DNA of 39,041 bases from a virus (lineage: Duplodnaviria > Caudoviricetes), in IMG/VR virus record IMGVR_UViG_3300032303_001112, positions 1 through 39,041 of that record; one strand, written 5' to 3'. The notes beneath the pieces are model-generated. The model was not told the DNA's origin. It did no database searches and saw nothing but the letters and a program-made list of their open reading frames with translations. A program made the translations under genes and the position numbers. Positions 16,565 through 26,574 of the stretch are shown here, piece after piece; within the stretch, counting starts at the first letter, position 1; each line of letters begins with the position of its first letter.

Positions 16565-17593
16565 ATGGCCTCTCTCTTCCGGAGGAATGGCTTTTGGCAT
16601 CTTGGATGGCAACAGGATGGCAAATGGAAGCAAGCAAGTACAGGGTTTCGGATTGAAGGCAAAGCCCCTCCGATTGAAGTTCACGAACTCCGCCTTCGCA
16701 AAGAGAAGGAGATAGCCTGCATCGCAGTTGGGTTGGAATACGTCAAGCCCATCACAATCAAAGAGGCGATTGCGGAATGGACTGAGATTGACCGAAAGAC
16801 CGCTAGGCATGGCACATTTGCAAACCACCAATCCACCGTCCCCAAGAGATTAGCTCGATTCAATGACAAGCTAGTGGCCCACTTCAACGAAGCAGACGCT
16901 CAGGAGATAGTGGCCTCGCTCAATTCTGAACCCACATCCTACTCCACGAAGAGATCCATGTTTGCCTCATTCTCTAGCTTCTGGAAATTCGTTATGGCAA
17001 AGGGATATTCCAAAGCTCAGTTCTTCTCCTACTCCATGATGAAGAAGATAAGCGGAGATCGTAACCCCCGCAAAGAGCGCAGAGGGTTGACCTACGAAGA
17101 AGAAGAGAAAATCTTCTCCCACCTATCCGGATGGGGGCTGACCTGTGCCAAGATTGCGATCTGGACGGGGGCTAGGATCTCGGAAGCCGTAAGGGTAAGA
17201 ATGGAGGACGTAGATTTTATGCAAGGCGAGATACGCTTTAGAGAGAAGAAGCAAGGGGATAGGCCTATTGTAAAGTCAATGCACCCCCACCTTACCGATT
17301 TCCTAAAGAACCTCTCCGTTGATGATTATCCGCCTGAGAATGCTAGCGAGTGTGCCTTGCGGGATCGCTTCCGGCAGGCAGTGGCTAAGGCAGGAGTCCC
17401 AAACGCTACCTTCCATTGGCTCCGGCACACGTTGGCCTCAAGATTGTTTGAGGAGGGGATTGGGGAGAGGGATGCGGCGGCGATTTTAGGCCATACGCAG
17501 GCAGTCCATAAAGTGTATGCTCATGCCTCCCGCGAGAGGCTAAAATCGAAGTTGTCTAAAATTAGGAACGTCGGGTTTTCGTCGGGTAACTAA
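16565..17593 (+). CDS. int: Tyrosine integrase
   Basis: TGARISE, HWLRHT, LGH, catalytic Y in VYAH. Confidence 0.93.
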   Translation: MASLFRRNGFWHLGWQQDGKWKQASTGFRIEGKAPPIEVHELRLRKEKEIACIAVGLEYVKPITIKEAIAEWTEIDRKTARHGTFANHQSTVPKRLARFNDKLVAHFNEADAQEIVASLNSEPTSYSTKRSMFASFSSFWKFVMAKGYSKAQFFSYSMMKKISGDRNPRKERRGLTYEEEEKIFSHLSGWGLTCAKIAIWTGARISEAVRVRMEDVDFMQGEIRFREKKQGDRPIVKSMHPHLTDFLKNLSVDDYPPENASECALRDRFRQAVAKAGVPNATFHWLRHTLASRLFEEGIGERDAAAILGHTQAVHKVYAHASRERLKSKLSKIRNVGFSSGN

Positions 17594-17780
17594 CGAAAAA
17601 CGAGCTATTTTATGCAACCATTGGCTACACAAGGCAACCGTTAATGAGCAATTTTCTCTTAAAATTATATAGCCAAGTGTGTAACAGTGACATCATCATC
17701 CTTACGCTCAATTAGACTCAATGTTTGAAACTGCTTATTTATCAACTACTTAGGTTAAAGTTGTCGGGTTTATGTCGGGT
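17570..17780. other. attP region with paired arm-type repeats
   Basis: GTCGGGT at 17570, 17581, 17763, 17774 (two pairs, 11-bp period) flanking an AT-rich spacer between convergent int and endolysin. Confidence 0.75.
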
Positions 17781-18514
17781 CAACTAGCGAATAATTCACC
17801 CTCTTGCTTACGTCGAAGTTGAACTCCTTTGAGTGGTGAACGAAGTGCCATCTGTTTAATAAGACCTGCAATCGGACGAGTGTTTCCACGCTCAAGATTA
17901 TCATAAACCTCCTTCATTTCAGATCGAGTTGATCCTATCAAAGAAGTTCCTCGGTTAAAGGTTAGGCTTACGAGTGCAGTCTTTTGCCTATCATTTAGAG
18001 CGTCAAAGTTCGGCCAAAGTTTGTAAGCCTTCATCAGCCAAGTAGGGAGGGTGACTTTAGTGAATTGAGCTAGGGCAACCTCATAAGAGATAGAAACACC
18101 CACAACCCCACGATGCTTCCCAGCCGCTTCCCTACCCTTTAGTCCCGATACGGAGGCTAGCTTCTCAGCATCCTCCTCTGAGATATATCCCTTCCAATCG
18201 GCCTTAATCTGATCCGGAGTGTAGTAGCCTAGGTCGTAGCCAACTCCAACGGTTAGGCCGGAAGCATCATTCACGGGATTCAAAGGGGTAGTTAAATATC
18301 GGTTGTAGTACCTAGGCCCACCAGTTTCCCATTCAACGATCTTCTGGATCAGATCACGGGGAGGCAACCATCCTCGGTAGGTAGTAGTCGTAGCGCGAAC
18401 TGCCTCCGGCTTTGGGGCCTCCTTCGGCTTCGCCTCATCCTCCGCCCTTTTCTGTTCTACGATTTGCTTAAACCAACCCATGCCTCTCGCTAGTCCATCT
18501 GTTACTGATCTCAT
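17780..18514 (-). CDS. Endolysin, pesticin/lysozyme-like muramidase
   Basis: WETGG..YY...SGLTVGVGYDLG, ALVSLTFNRG, RRKQEGELF; GGAGG RBS. Confidence 0.85.
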   Translation of the reverse strand: MRSVTDGLARGMGWFKQIVEQKRAEDEAKPKEAPKPEAVRATTTTYRGWLPPRDLIQKIVEWETGGPRYYNRYLTTPLNPVNDASGLTVGVGYDLGYYTPDQIKADWKGYISEEDAEKLASVSGLKGREAAGKHRGVVGVSISYEVALAQFTKVTLPTWLMKAYKLWPNFDALNDRQKTALVSLTFNRGTSLIGSTRSEMKEVYDNLERGNTRPIAGLIKQMALRSPLKGVQLRRKQEGELFAS

Positions 18515-19146
18515 TTTAGTCCTCCGTTGTTTGGTCCTGTTGCCCACACCACCAATGAATATCGAGTCCCCCACCACACGGGGCAGGCTTTATGAAGCAG
18601 ATAGCAAGGGAACAACGTGGCCGATCCCTGCTCTCTAGCCCTTTTCTTTTTGTGCCATTCGTGAGCCTTGATCTTCAGCGATCCGCCCAAATAGGAGTCC
18701 GGCTTACAAAGGTTGATAACCATCGCAACCTTCCGCACATCTCCGGCGGCTCCGTTGTCAAAGTGCCAATTATAGAACTGAAACTTCTTATAGATTGTAA
18801 ATTGAAAGGTGTGGGAAGGAGACAAGGAGAACCCATAGACCTTGCCTCCAATTACGCTTAGGACTTTATCCAAGCGGTCAAAGACCCACTCGGTAGAACC
18901 CGTCCTAGCAACCCACGAAATACTGCAATTCCGGCCAAGAACTTTCTTGTCGCTCCCGCCCTTCGTACCAAGGCCCTTCGTAACATCCCCTGCCAACCCA
19001 AGCTCAATTATCTCTGAGCATTCAGCCGGAACAAAGACATTCGGAATCGTGATCGCATCACATACAGTTGTCTTGGGCTTCTCCACCACTTCCTGCGGAA
19101 ACTCAAAATTCGTAACGATTGTCCCGCCGGAGGTTGTCTTTGTCAT
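18511..19146 (-). CDS. 2OG-Fe(II) oxygenase (PKHD/prolyl-hydroxylase type)
   Basis: YNWHFD (HxD), YLGGSL, LLHK, GTRYSLVVW. Confidence 0.9.
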   Translation of the reverse strand: MTKTTSGGTIVTNFEFPQEVVEKPKTTVCDAITIPNVFVPAECSEIIELGLAGDVTKGLGTKGGSDKKVLGRNCSISWVARTGSTEWVFDRLDKVLSVIGGKVYGFSLSPSHTFQFTIYKKFQFYNWHFDNGAAGDVRKVAMVINLCKPDSYLGGSLKIKAHEWHKKKRAREQGSATLFPCYLLHKACPVWWGTRYSLVVWATGPNNGGLK

Positions 19147-19523
19147 ATTGTCCCAAGAATTTTCCAATCAGATCCCGTCCTGATATGGCACTTCTTATTT
19201 TTGCAAAGACACTCATTTGTCTTGAAAACCCAATAAAGATCATCCTCTAACCCCACGCAAACGATCAGGTCGCAAGAGGACTTTGTGTACTTACGCTTTT
19301 TAAGGTTCCCGTTGGAAGTCATGAACTCGTACCTATCTATTTTCGGCTGTCTGCGAGTCGAGCATTTGACCTGAATGCGAATGAACTTCTCGTTCTTTTC
19401 GGCAACAAGATCATATCCGTTGCAATCCTCTAGTGGGGCCAGAACGGAATAGCCGGATTGCAGTAGAGCAGTCGTGACCCTCGCCACACCTACTGATCCG
19501 ATTTGACGGTTTGATAGTTTCAA
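19143..19523 (-). CDS. PD-(D/E)XK endonuclease (homing-type)
   Basis: GYSVLAP...YDLVAE...RIQVK. Confidence 0.8.
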   Translation of the reverse strand: MKLSNRQIGSVGVARVTTALLQSGYSVLAPLEDCNGYDLVAEKNEKFIRIQVKCSTRRQPKIDRYEFMTSNGNLKKRKYTKSSCDLIVCVGLEDDLYWVFKTNECLCKNKKCHIRTGSDWKILGTI

Positions 19524-19558
19524 GTCGGGGTTCTTGCACTAGGGCTTGTATATGCTAG

Positions 19559-22500
19559 TTACACTTTATCGTCAATAAGAGTGTTGTACCTTTTTAACAC
19601 CCTCATCATCAATGCTTTCTGAGTCTCATTGTTCTTGTCGATCCTCTTCTGGATTGCGGGATTGTCGCTCTTTTCGAGAATGGCTTTTAGGCGAGTTCTC
19701 TCTGTCCGGAGTTCTTTGAGTGACTGCTCCGTGGACTTAATCATTTCAACCATCTTCAATTCGGCGGAAGCGGAGGAGCGAATCTCAGAAAGTCTTTTCG
19801 TGTCTCTTGTTGTCTGAGCAAGTTTAACCTCATCTGAAACTGTTAGAATCTCTTTCCGCAAATCCTGATAGCGAACTGTGTCAACGTAGGAAGGTACTGC
19901 CCCATAAACCTTACGAGTCATCGGAATGTCTCCAACAACATCAGCCCACTCCATCTCCCCCTGACTCGCCTTGAATGCCCCCCTAGGAAGATTGAAAAGC
20001 CTCTCCGCAAACTTGCCAGCCGATCCGGTAAAGAAGTCAAAAACCTGTCCAATGGTTTCAGGACTGACATCGAGCCCACCCGCCCTCACCTCATTCCCTC
20101 CCGTTAGCTCATTGATCTTCTGAGCGATAGCTTTTGGAATCGGTCCCACATTACTCCAATACCTCTGTGATTTTGGAGGTGGAGTCGCGTCGAATGGGCT
20201 TGGGGTAGGCATTATAGGCCTTCCGGAATAATCCATGTTCAATGCGTAGTCCGTAACTGGACTTAGGAGCGTGGGGGAAATTGTCTGAAGCAAGGACTTG
20301 GATGCTCCTAATGGGTTGAAGTTATCGAGCATAGCTCCGGCTAACTTTGCTAGAGCCTGAGACTTTGATGCTCCCGCGCCGAAGGCCTCCTTAGGGCTAA
20401 CCTCGCTCAACAACTGTCCCGTATAATCCGCAACCGAATACCCGTATGGCATAGGGATCTTGAAATACTGACCCTCGGATTCCGGTTTCATGATAATGAA
20501 ATTGGTTTCCTTAATGTACTGCGGAATCTTGTCGTAATAGGATTCTCCCGTTTCGTCCTGACCCCCGATAATCCGGTTCACCATTGACCTGAAGTATCCT
20601 GCAACCATAACCCCCGTAAGAATCTTCCTTACTTTTGGACTTGTGGCTACCGCTTGAAAGATACGAGCGGTTCCTTGGATGTTTGCATTTGCAAATAGGT
20701 AAATTGAATTAAGCAGAGGTCCGGCAGTGCCTTTCCTAGTGAAATTGACCGTGATATTCCTAGAGACATAAGCGGCTTTCTGGACTGAGTACCCGTTTTC
20801 CCTGAGCGTGGAGTATGTCGCAAGCCTTGTGGCATTCTCAACGGCTGAGTTCAACCTAGCCAACTTATCGAGAGCAACCTTGAACACCTTTGTTGCGTTT
20901 CTGTATGCACCATCGCCTAAAGCACCTTGAATATCCTTCTGAGTTGCGGCAATGTCCTTCAGCCCGAAGAAAGTCATACGGCCTCCGGCCTCTTTGAACT
21001 CCCTGTAATACACATCCATCTTTCCGTTAAGATCCGGCTTGCCCATTTCAGCGCGATAGGTTGCCCTCATCGCATCGGGAACGCTCTTGATTAGCCCTGA
21101 GGCCAATCCCTTTGCATTCTCTCCGCTGATATTGACTAATGCAGTTTGTAAATCTCGAGCAAAGTTAGCCACGACAAACTCCGGCGAGGCCTGTGTATTC
21201 ACATACGCAAACCACCTATTCATATTTGAAAGGAATTGGATGATGGGACCAGTTGTAACGCTTGCCCTGTTCTTCAGAACATCTGCAAGTTTGGGATCGT
21301 TAATCCTAAGGTACTTAGTTTCACCATCTTCTTTGTAAGCAATAATGTCTTTGTCGTTTGCGTTGCCAATCTCACCCTTTTCAAGAACTTGGATTATCCC
21401 GTTGTCTTTATACTTAGTAGCAAACTGAGCCGCAGTCTGCATGACCCGATTCTTCTCTGCCCTGATAATTGAATCCCTGTGAAGCTGAAGAGAGTAAGCC
21501 AGCGGATCGGGAGCTATCGTAGTTCTTCCTTTGGCAATCTTAATATCGCTACCCCTTACGTCATAACCAGCACCAGTACCAAGAGATCCTTCAACCTCAA
21601 CATCCGTACCACCAGCTTTCCCAGCCAAAGGGACATAATCGGTGTATCTATTGGAAAGAAGATCGTAAGTATCGCCGGAGATTAGACCACCTTCCCAAAG
21701 ATTGCGAAGCGTGTCCTTATTAAGTGAAACTAGCTTTTGACGGATGGGCTCCATCTTCCTCTGAGCCTCCCTTGAGATTCTAGGATTATTCCCTTCAATC
21801 AGAGTTGATATATCTACATCCGTTAAGCCACTGCCACCGTCCGGCTTGTTAATGTCCCGCTGGGCGATTACAGTATTCCGCTCCCTACCGTGTTTGGCTT
21901 GGGCGTATAGCTCAAAATCCTTGCGATCCACTCCACTGTTACGCAGTTCATCCAATAGGGGAGTAGCCTTTGTATCCTCAAAATTGCTAATCCTCTCCCC
22001 GACTCTTCCGTGATAAAGTTCTTCCCGTTGTTTGATGTTTGCATTTTCAGCGATAGGAATCCCAGCCTTTGTGCTTACCTTCTTTTGCAGGCTCTCCACA
22101 TCTACAAACTTGTCTTGGAATAACCTGCGGAAATCATTCAGCCTTTCGGATAAAACATTCTTAGCCCCCTGCACTCTCTCCCTTAGGGATGGGCTAGCCC
22201 CTGTCTTTGCAGTTCCTTCCTGCCTATAAAGAGCAATCTTCTGATCTAGCGTCATTTGAGGTTTGGTTGCGGATAGCTTTGCGTTCCGAACCTTAACGCC
22301 CCGCAAATAGTTACCCTCCTGATTCACTGCACTATCGGCAAATATGATTGAATCGGCCTTAATTGTCCTAGTCCCAAACTCATCCGGACCCGTGATTGTC
22401 CTCGAGAAATTATCCTCGTCGATTCCGGTTACTTCAAAGACGTTCTTACCGCTGTATATATTATCCCCGATCTGCAAATCAGAAGTCTTATATGATGTCT

Positions 22501-24133
22501 GCCCCTCTTTTGGCTTCAGAATCGCTGAACTAAAAGCCTGCCTCTGCTTATCATTGAAATTTATTTTATTGTTTATATCAGATGCTTTCTTTCGGGATGT
22601 AATCGCCTTATCAATCGCACCCCACAATGCACCGCTCGTCCCGTCCCCTATCCCCAACTGCTCATAAGCAGATTGAGCGATTTCATCCACCGGAGTAGTC
22701 CCGCTAAGTAGCTTCTTATATGGCCCCTTGAAATCCGGCATACCATCGTACTCTGCGGGAGCCTTCGTTTCCTCTAGTCTCCTGATGGATGAACCGGTTT
22801 TCTTTCCGTACAATGCAATGTTCTTGTCGCGGATTGCCTTGCCCTTGGAAAGCATCCCGCCCTGCTCCTCTATAAAATCAATAATGTCGTAACCATTCTC
22901 GCTAGGCTGGATCATTTCCTCGCTAAAAGACTTGGAAGGCCTTTGTTCTTCTCTCAGCAATCTCTCTTTCAATGCCCTAACTTCATCCAGCCTTTCCTTG
23001 TAGTAGGACGGATTGCTTGGCTCATCCTGATCGAACTTTCGAGTCTCCTCATCCAACCGCATCTGTAATTCCATCTCAGATTGATCTAGGCGAGTAAGTC
23101 TGCCCTTCTTGAACGGAGATATAACTAGCTCGGATCTGTCGATGGGTTGAGCCTGATCCTGCGGAACATCCACTTGAGGAGTCTGAGGTTCCGGTTGAGC
23201 CTCCTGTTGAACCTCCGGCTGAGTGACTTCTGCCTGAGGAGCCTCTGCCCCTACATTCCTCCTAGCCTGAATAGCCTCCGCCACTCTTTCCGAAGGAGCG
23301 GTTGCCATCCTGCCTAGTCTTGTCGGCTCAGTATTTAGGGCTCCGACTACGAGGCTTGCGCCTAGTCTTAGAGGGTTAAAGTCTCCCTGCTGAAATTGAT
23401 TAAAGGCCTCCATGCCTCCCTGAGTTCCAGTATTGAATGCAACATTGAGAAGGTTTGAGGCCTGCTCCCTAACGGCAGGATTCTCCATCGCGTCCTTAGT
23501 AATCTCTCCGGAGATGATCTGCTTTGCAAAGGCTCCGGCTTTAACGAGGTTGCTAGGGCTAGGCCTAAAGAAAGCCACCGAAGGAGCTGCTTGTCCCACG
23601 AAAGAGGCTACGGGTTGTTGTTCTGCATCCTTCTTAAATTGATCGTTAATCGCCTTCTTGGTTTCGGGAGAAAGCATCTTGTCCATGCCGTATTCCTGCA
23701 AAGCCTCCGCGCCCATCGAAGCGAGAACACCACCCGCAAGGCCTCCGATTGCCGCACCTACGGGTGCGGCTGGACCAGTCATTGCGGCTCCAACTGCGGC
23801 TCCGGTTAGGGCTCCACCAACAATACCAGCACCAGTAGGAATCGCGGAACGTGCCGCTCCTCGCCCTAGGGCTCCAACAAAAGAAGAATCGCCAGATGGA
23901 GGAGTTTGCGCTTCGTCCATAGGAAGTAGAACTCCGCGACCACCAACCTCATTCGAGCCTACAATATCGTCAAATAGCCCTACTGATTTTTGCGAGGCGA
24001 TAGGGGCATCTACCTGCGGAGTTTCAGCTTGAGGCTTCTCTTCAACCCCTACTATATCGTCAAATAAACCCTGAGGCCTCGGAGCTTCCTCCGGCCTTTT
24101 CCTCTCTTCTAATATATCGTCAAAAATGCCCAC
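19559..24133 (-). CDS. Large internal virion/ejection protein with LPD38-like C-terminal region
   Basis: 1524 aa; VNFTRKG, YDKIPQYIKETNFII...FKIPMPYG; G(I/L)FDDI N-terminal repeats; position after tail genes. Confidence 0.75.
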   Translation of the reverse strand: MGIFDDILEERKRPEEAPRPQGLFDDIVGVEEKPQAETPQVDAPIASQKSVGLFDDIVGSNEVGGRGVLLPMDEAQTPPSGDSSFVGALGRGAARSAIPTGAGIVGGALTGAAVGAAMTGPAAPVGAAIGGLAGGVLASMGAEALQEYGMDKMLSPETKKAINDQFKKDAEQQPVASFVGQAAPSVAFFRPSPSNLVKAGAFAKQIISGEITKDAMENPAVREQASNLLNVAFNTGTQGGMEAFNQFQQGDFNPLRLGASLVVGALNTEPTRLGRMATAPSERVAEAIQARRNVGAEAPQAEVTQPEVQQEAQPEPQTPQVDVPQDQAQPIDRSELVISPFKKGRLTRLDQSEMELQMRLDEETRKFDQDEPSNPSYYKERLDEVRALKERLLREEQRPSKSFSEEMIQPSENGYDIIDFIEEQGGMLSKGKAIRDKNIALYGKKTGSSIRRLEETKAPAEYDGMPDFKGPYKKLLSGTTPVDEIAQSAYEQLGIGDGTSGALWGAIDKAITSRKKASDINNKINFNDKQRQAFSSAILKPKEGQTSYKTSDLQIGDNIYSGKNVFEVTGIDEDNFSRTITGPDEFGTRTIKADSIIFADSAVNQEGNYLRGVKVRNAKLSATKPQMTLDQKIALYRQEGTAKTGASPSLRERVQGAKNVLSERLNDFRRLFQDKFVDVESLQKKVSTKAGIPIAENANIKQREELYHGRVGERISNFEDTKATPLLDELRNSGVDRKDFELYAQAKHGRERNTVIAQRDINKPDGGSGLTDVDISTLIEGNNPRISREAQRKMEPIRQKLVSLNKDTLRNLWEGGLISGDTYDLLSNRYTDYVPLAGKAGGTDVEVEGSLGTGAGYDVRGSDIKIAKGRTTIAPDPLAYSLQLHRDSIIRAEKNRVMQTAAQFATKYKDNGIIQVLEKGEIGNANDKDIIAYKEDGETKYLRINDPKLADVLKNRASVTTGPIIQFLSNMNRWFAYVNTQASPEFVVANFARDLQTALVNISGENAKGLASGLIKSVPDAMRATYRAEMGKPDLNGKMDVYYREFKEAGGRMTFFGLKDIAATQKDIQGALGDGAYRNATKVFKVALDKLARLNSAVENATRLATYSTLRENGYSVQKAAYVSRNITVNFTRKGTAGPLLNSIYLFANANIQGTARIFQAVATSPKVRKILTGVMVAGYFRSMVNRIIGGQDETGESYYDKIPQYIKETNFIIMKPESEGQYFKIPMPYGYSVADYTGQLLSEVSPKEAFGAGASKSQALAKLAGAMLDNFNPLGASKSLLQTISPTLLSPVTDYALNMDYSGRPIMPTPSPFDATPPPKSQRYWSNVGPIPKAIAQKINELTGGNEVRAGGLDVSPETIGQVFDFFTGSAGKFAERLFNLPRGAFKASQGEMEWADVVGDIPMTRKVYGAVPSYVDTVRYQDLRKEILTVSDEVKLAQTTRDTKRLSEIRSSASAELKMVEMIKSTEQSLKELRTERTRLKAILEKSDNPAIQKRIDKNNETQKALMMRVLKRYNTLIDDKV

Positions 24134-24136
24134 ACG

Positions 24137-25036
24137 TTAGGGAAGGTTGACTCCCATTTGGGCCGCACGATCCTTAATCTTTTGCCGTTGATCCGGCGTT
24201 TGCGCTCGAGACATTGCACTTAAAGCCTGTTGACGTACCGATTCAATGTCCTGTTGAGGCTTGGCTTGCGTAGCCTGCATTGGCTGGGGCGTTTGCCCAA
24301 CTACCGGAACATTCGCCACATCCCGCATTAACATTCCCTGCGATTGCTCGACAGCGTAAGGCCTTGCGTACTCTGGTGTTGATTCGCCCAAAGGAGCGGA
24401 GGAATCCACAATCGCACTAGCCATCCCATAGGGGTTGTATGAGGATTGTGGTTGAGCCTGCTCCTGATCCCCAACATATCCCCCGTATCCGGCCTGAGAC
24501 TGCGGAACCTTCATAGTTACTGTTTCAGTCTCTCCGGTATCCATTCCGCTTTCGTCAAGAATCTTGCGTTTCTTTGTTACGGTAGCCATTCCAGATTCAG
24601 AGGGATCTTTCCCATTCAAGAAATCCGCCAAGTCTAAAGCCTTGGCCTTTGCGAAGTTCCCGTCAATAGATCGGTAGGTTAGCTCTGCTCCTTTAACTTT
24701 CCTGACATTATTTAAGTCCTGAAGCCTTTTTGCCAAGACCTGACTCTCAATCATAAACTGTTTTGCTTCTTCAGGATTTTCTAGCGCAGACTTCTGGAAC
24801 CTTTGCTCCATCATTGTTTTCTGGAAACTTGTTTCGCCAATAGTTTTATCCAATTCACCTAGCTCAGTGATCCCAGCATAAACATCTTCCCTCCTGCGAT
24901 TGGTATCGCGGTACTGTTGCATCTGCTTCTCGTAGTATTTTTGCTTGAGATCCATCTCCTGATTCATTTGCTTCTCGGCAAGATCGTCCTGTTGCGACTG
25001 ACGGACGATTCCATACATATCTCTAAATAATCCCAT
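24137..25036 (-). CDS. Putative internal virion/ejection protein
   Basis: Gln-rich helical; AAGGAG RBS; synteny. Confidence 0.6.
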   Translation of the reverse strand: MGLFRDMYGIVRQSQQDDLAEKQMNQEMDLKQKYYEKQMQQYRDTNRRREDVYAGITELGELDKTIGETSFQKTMMEQRFQKSALENPEEAKQFMIESQVLAKRLQDLNNVRKVKGAELTYRSIDGNFAKAKALDLADFLNGKDPSESGMATVTKKRKILDESGMDTGETETVTMKVPQSQAGYGGYVGDQEQAQPQSSYNPYGMASAIVDSSAPLGESTPEYARPYAVEQSQGMLMRDVANVPVVGQTPQPMQATQAKPQQDIESVRQQALSAMSRAQTPDQRQKIKDRAAQMGVNLP

Positions 25037-25047
25037 ATAGTTCTCCT

Positions 25048-26550
25048 TTAGAACAAGACTCCGCCGATTCCCGTAATCCAAGACAGAGGGCTATTCTTCT
25101 GTGCTGTTGCGTAAGTGCTGGATAGATAACCAAGTTGTGCGTTGTATTGGCTCGTCTGATTCCCGTACACACCAAGGGCAAAATCTTGGGCAGTCTTTCC
25201 GGCGTTAGGATTGATGTTCACACCCTGCGGAATCGGAGTCTGGATCGTCGGAGCCGCGCCCTGACCCAATGCACCAAGTTGTCCACCCTGCGTAACGATG
25301 GGTTGAAGTCCGGCATAGCTTTGAAGGTTTGCTATCCCCTGCTGAGAAGCCGCATTCCTCTGTTGAACTGCCGCAAGCTGATTGCCGTAGGCCTGTTGAG
25401 CTAGCTGATTGTTCGCGGTGTTTGCGCTGAGTTCATTCTGATACATCGACTGTTGAGCCTGATTCCTCTGCCCAAGAGAAGTCTGCTGATTCTGGAACTC
25501 TTGTTGGGAAATGGCATTATTAACTGAGTTGGCAGTCGAATAATTCATGTAGCCTTGTTGGGCTAGCTGATTGGATTCCTGCCGAATGGCATTTGCAATG
25601 TCGTAACTGCTCTGTCCGGATTGGAGATAGCCGACAACATCAGAACGAGCCTGACGAGCCATTTCCGTCTCTGCGCCGGAACGGGTTAGAATTTCTTGAG
25701 CGGTAGGAGCATTTCCGTAAATGTTGCCTCGAGCGGTTTGAGCCCCGCGAACAGAGTTATTCAGCCGACGAGCCTGCTCATCAGTTAGCTTGCCATTATT
25801 AAAAAGATTCTCGCCTAGCTGACGCTCAATCTCAGCCCTGCCTCTTGCGGCATTTCCTCCACCTGCGTTCTCATCTCCGGCTTGGAATTGAGGTCCATAA
25901 GATTGACGGGAGAGAGAAGGCCCATCTTTTGCCATCTCATAGCTAGGTCCTGTCGCATTCTGCTTAAATGTTGGACCGTCTGATACCCCCTCAAACTTTG
26001 CATCGGCAACCTTCTTTCCAAGAAGCTCTCGGTTGGCGAATCCGGTTGGATCTACGGCCTGAAGCTGGTTTCTCGCCTCGGTTGCAAATTGCGAACCATA
26101 CTGCTTCTGAAGATCGAGCGCGGATTGAGCATTTACTTTCTGCTCTGCTCTTTGAAAGTCTGCCTGAGCTTTCGCAACATCGACATCCGACTTGCCCTTA
26201 AAATCAATTACTGCCTCGCCTTTTGAAACTTCAACTGGTTTTTCGTATCTTTCTCCCTTGTCGTTAAATGTCTGATAATAGGTTATATTACCCTTATCAT
26301 CCGTCTTAGTTGTGACACCAAAAGCAAGTGCAGTCCCGCCAAGTTTAGCGGCCTGCTCAATTTCCTTCCTAGCTCCCAAGGTCTGAACATCAGCCAATAC
26401 CCCTGCCCTGTTTGCGGCGGCATAGTCAGGGGGTGGAGGAGGGGGAGGTGGTGAAGGTGGAGATCCACCATAAAATACCATGCTCTGCCAAAACATTCCT
26501 GAATAGGAATGCGCCCACTTGGGGTTAGAAAGTCTTTGCTCTAAAAACAT
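25048..26550 (-). CDS. Putative DNA-transfer/pilot internal virion protein
   Basis: GGSPP..PPPPDY N-terminus, Q/A/G-rich, amphipathic C-terminus. Confidence 0.65.
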   Translation of the reverse strand: MFLEQRLSNPKWAHSYSGMFWQSMVFYGGSPPSPPPPPPPPDYAAANRAGVLADVQTLGARKEIEQAAKLGGTALAFGVTTKTDDKGNITYYQTFNDKGERYEKPVEVSKGEAVIDFKGKSDVDVAKAQADFQRAEQKVNAQSALDLQKQYGSQFATEARNQLQAVDPTGFANRELLGKKVADAKFEGVSDGPTFKQNATGPSYEMAKDGPSLSRQSYGPQFQAGDENAGGGNAARGRAEIERQLGENLFNNGKLTDEQARRLNNSVRGAQTARGNIYGNAPTAQEILTRSGAETEMARQARSDVVGYLQSGQSSYDIANAIRQESNQLAQQGYMNYSTANSVNNAISQQEFQNQQTSLGQRNQAQQSMYQNELSANTANNQLAQQAYGNQLAAVQQRNAASQQGIANLQSYAGLQPIVTQGGQLGALGQGAAPTIQTPIPQGVNINPNAGKTAQDFALGVYGNQTSQYNAQLGYLSSTYATAQKNSPLSWITGIGGVLF

Positions 26551-26574
26551 TGTTTTTCTCCATGTAATGCCACA

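Noticed and set aside
19143-19523. Group I intron around the PD-(D/E)XK endonuclease
   Set aside because: Free-standing, flanking genes intact, no room for an intron core
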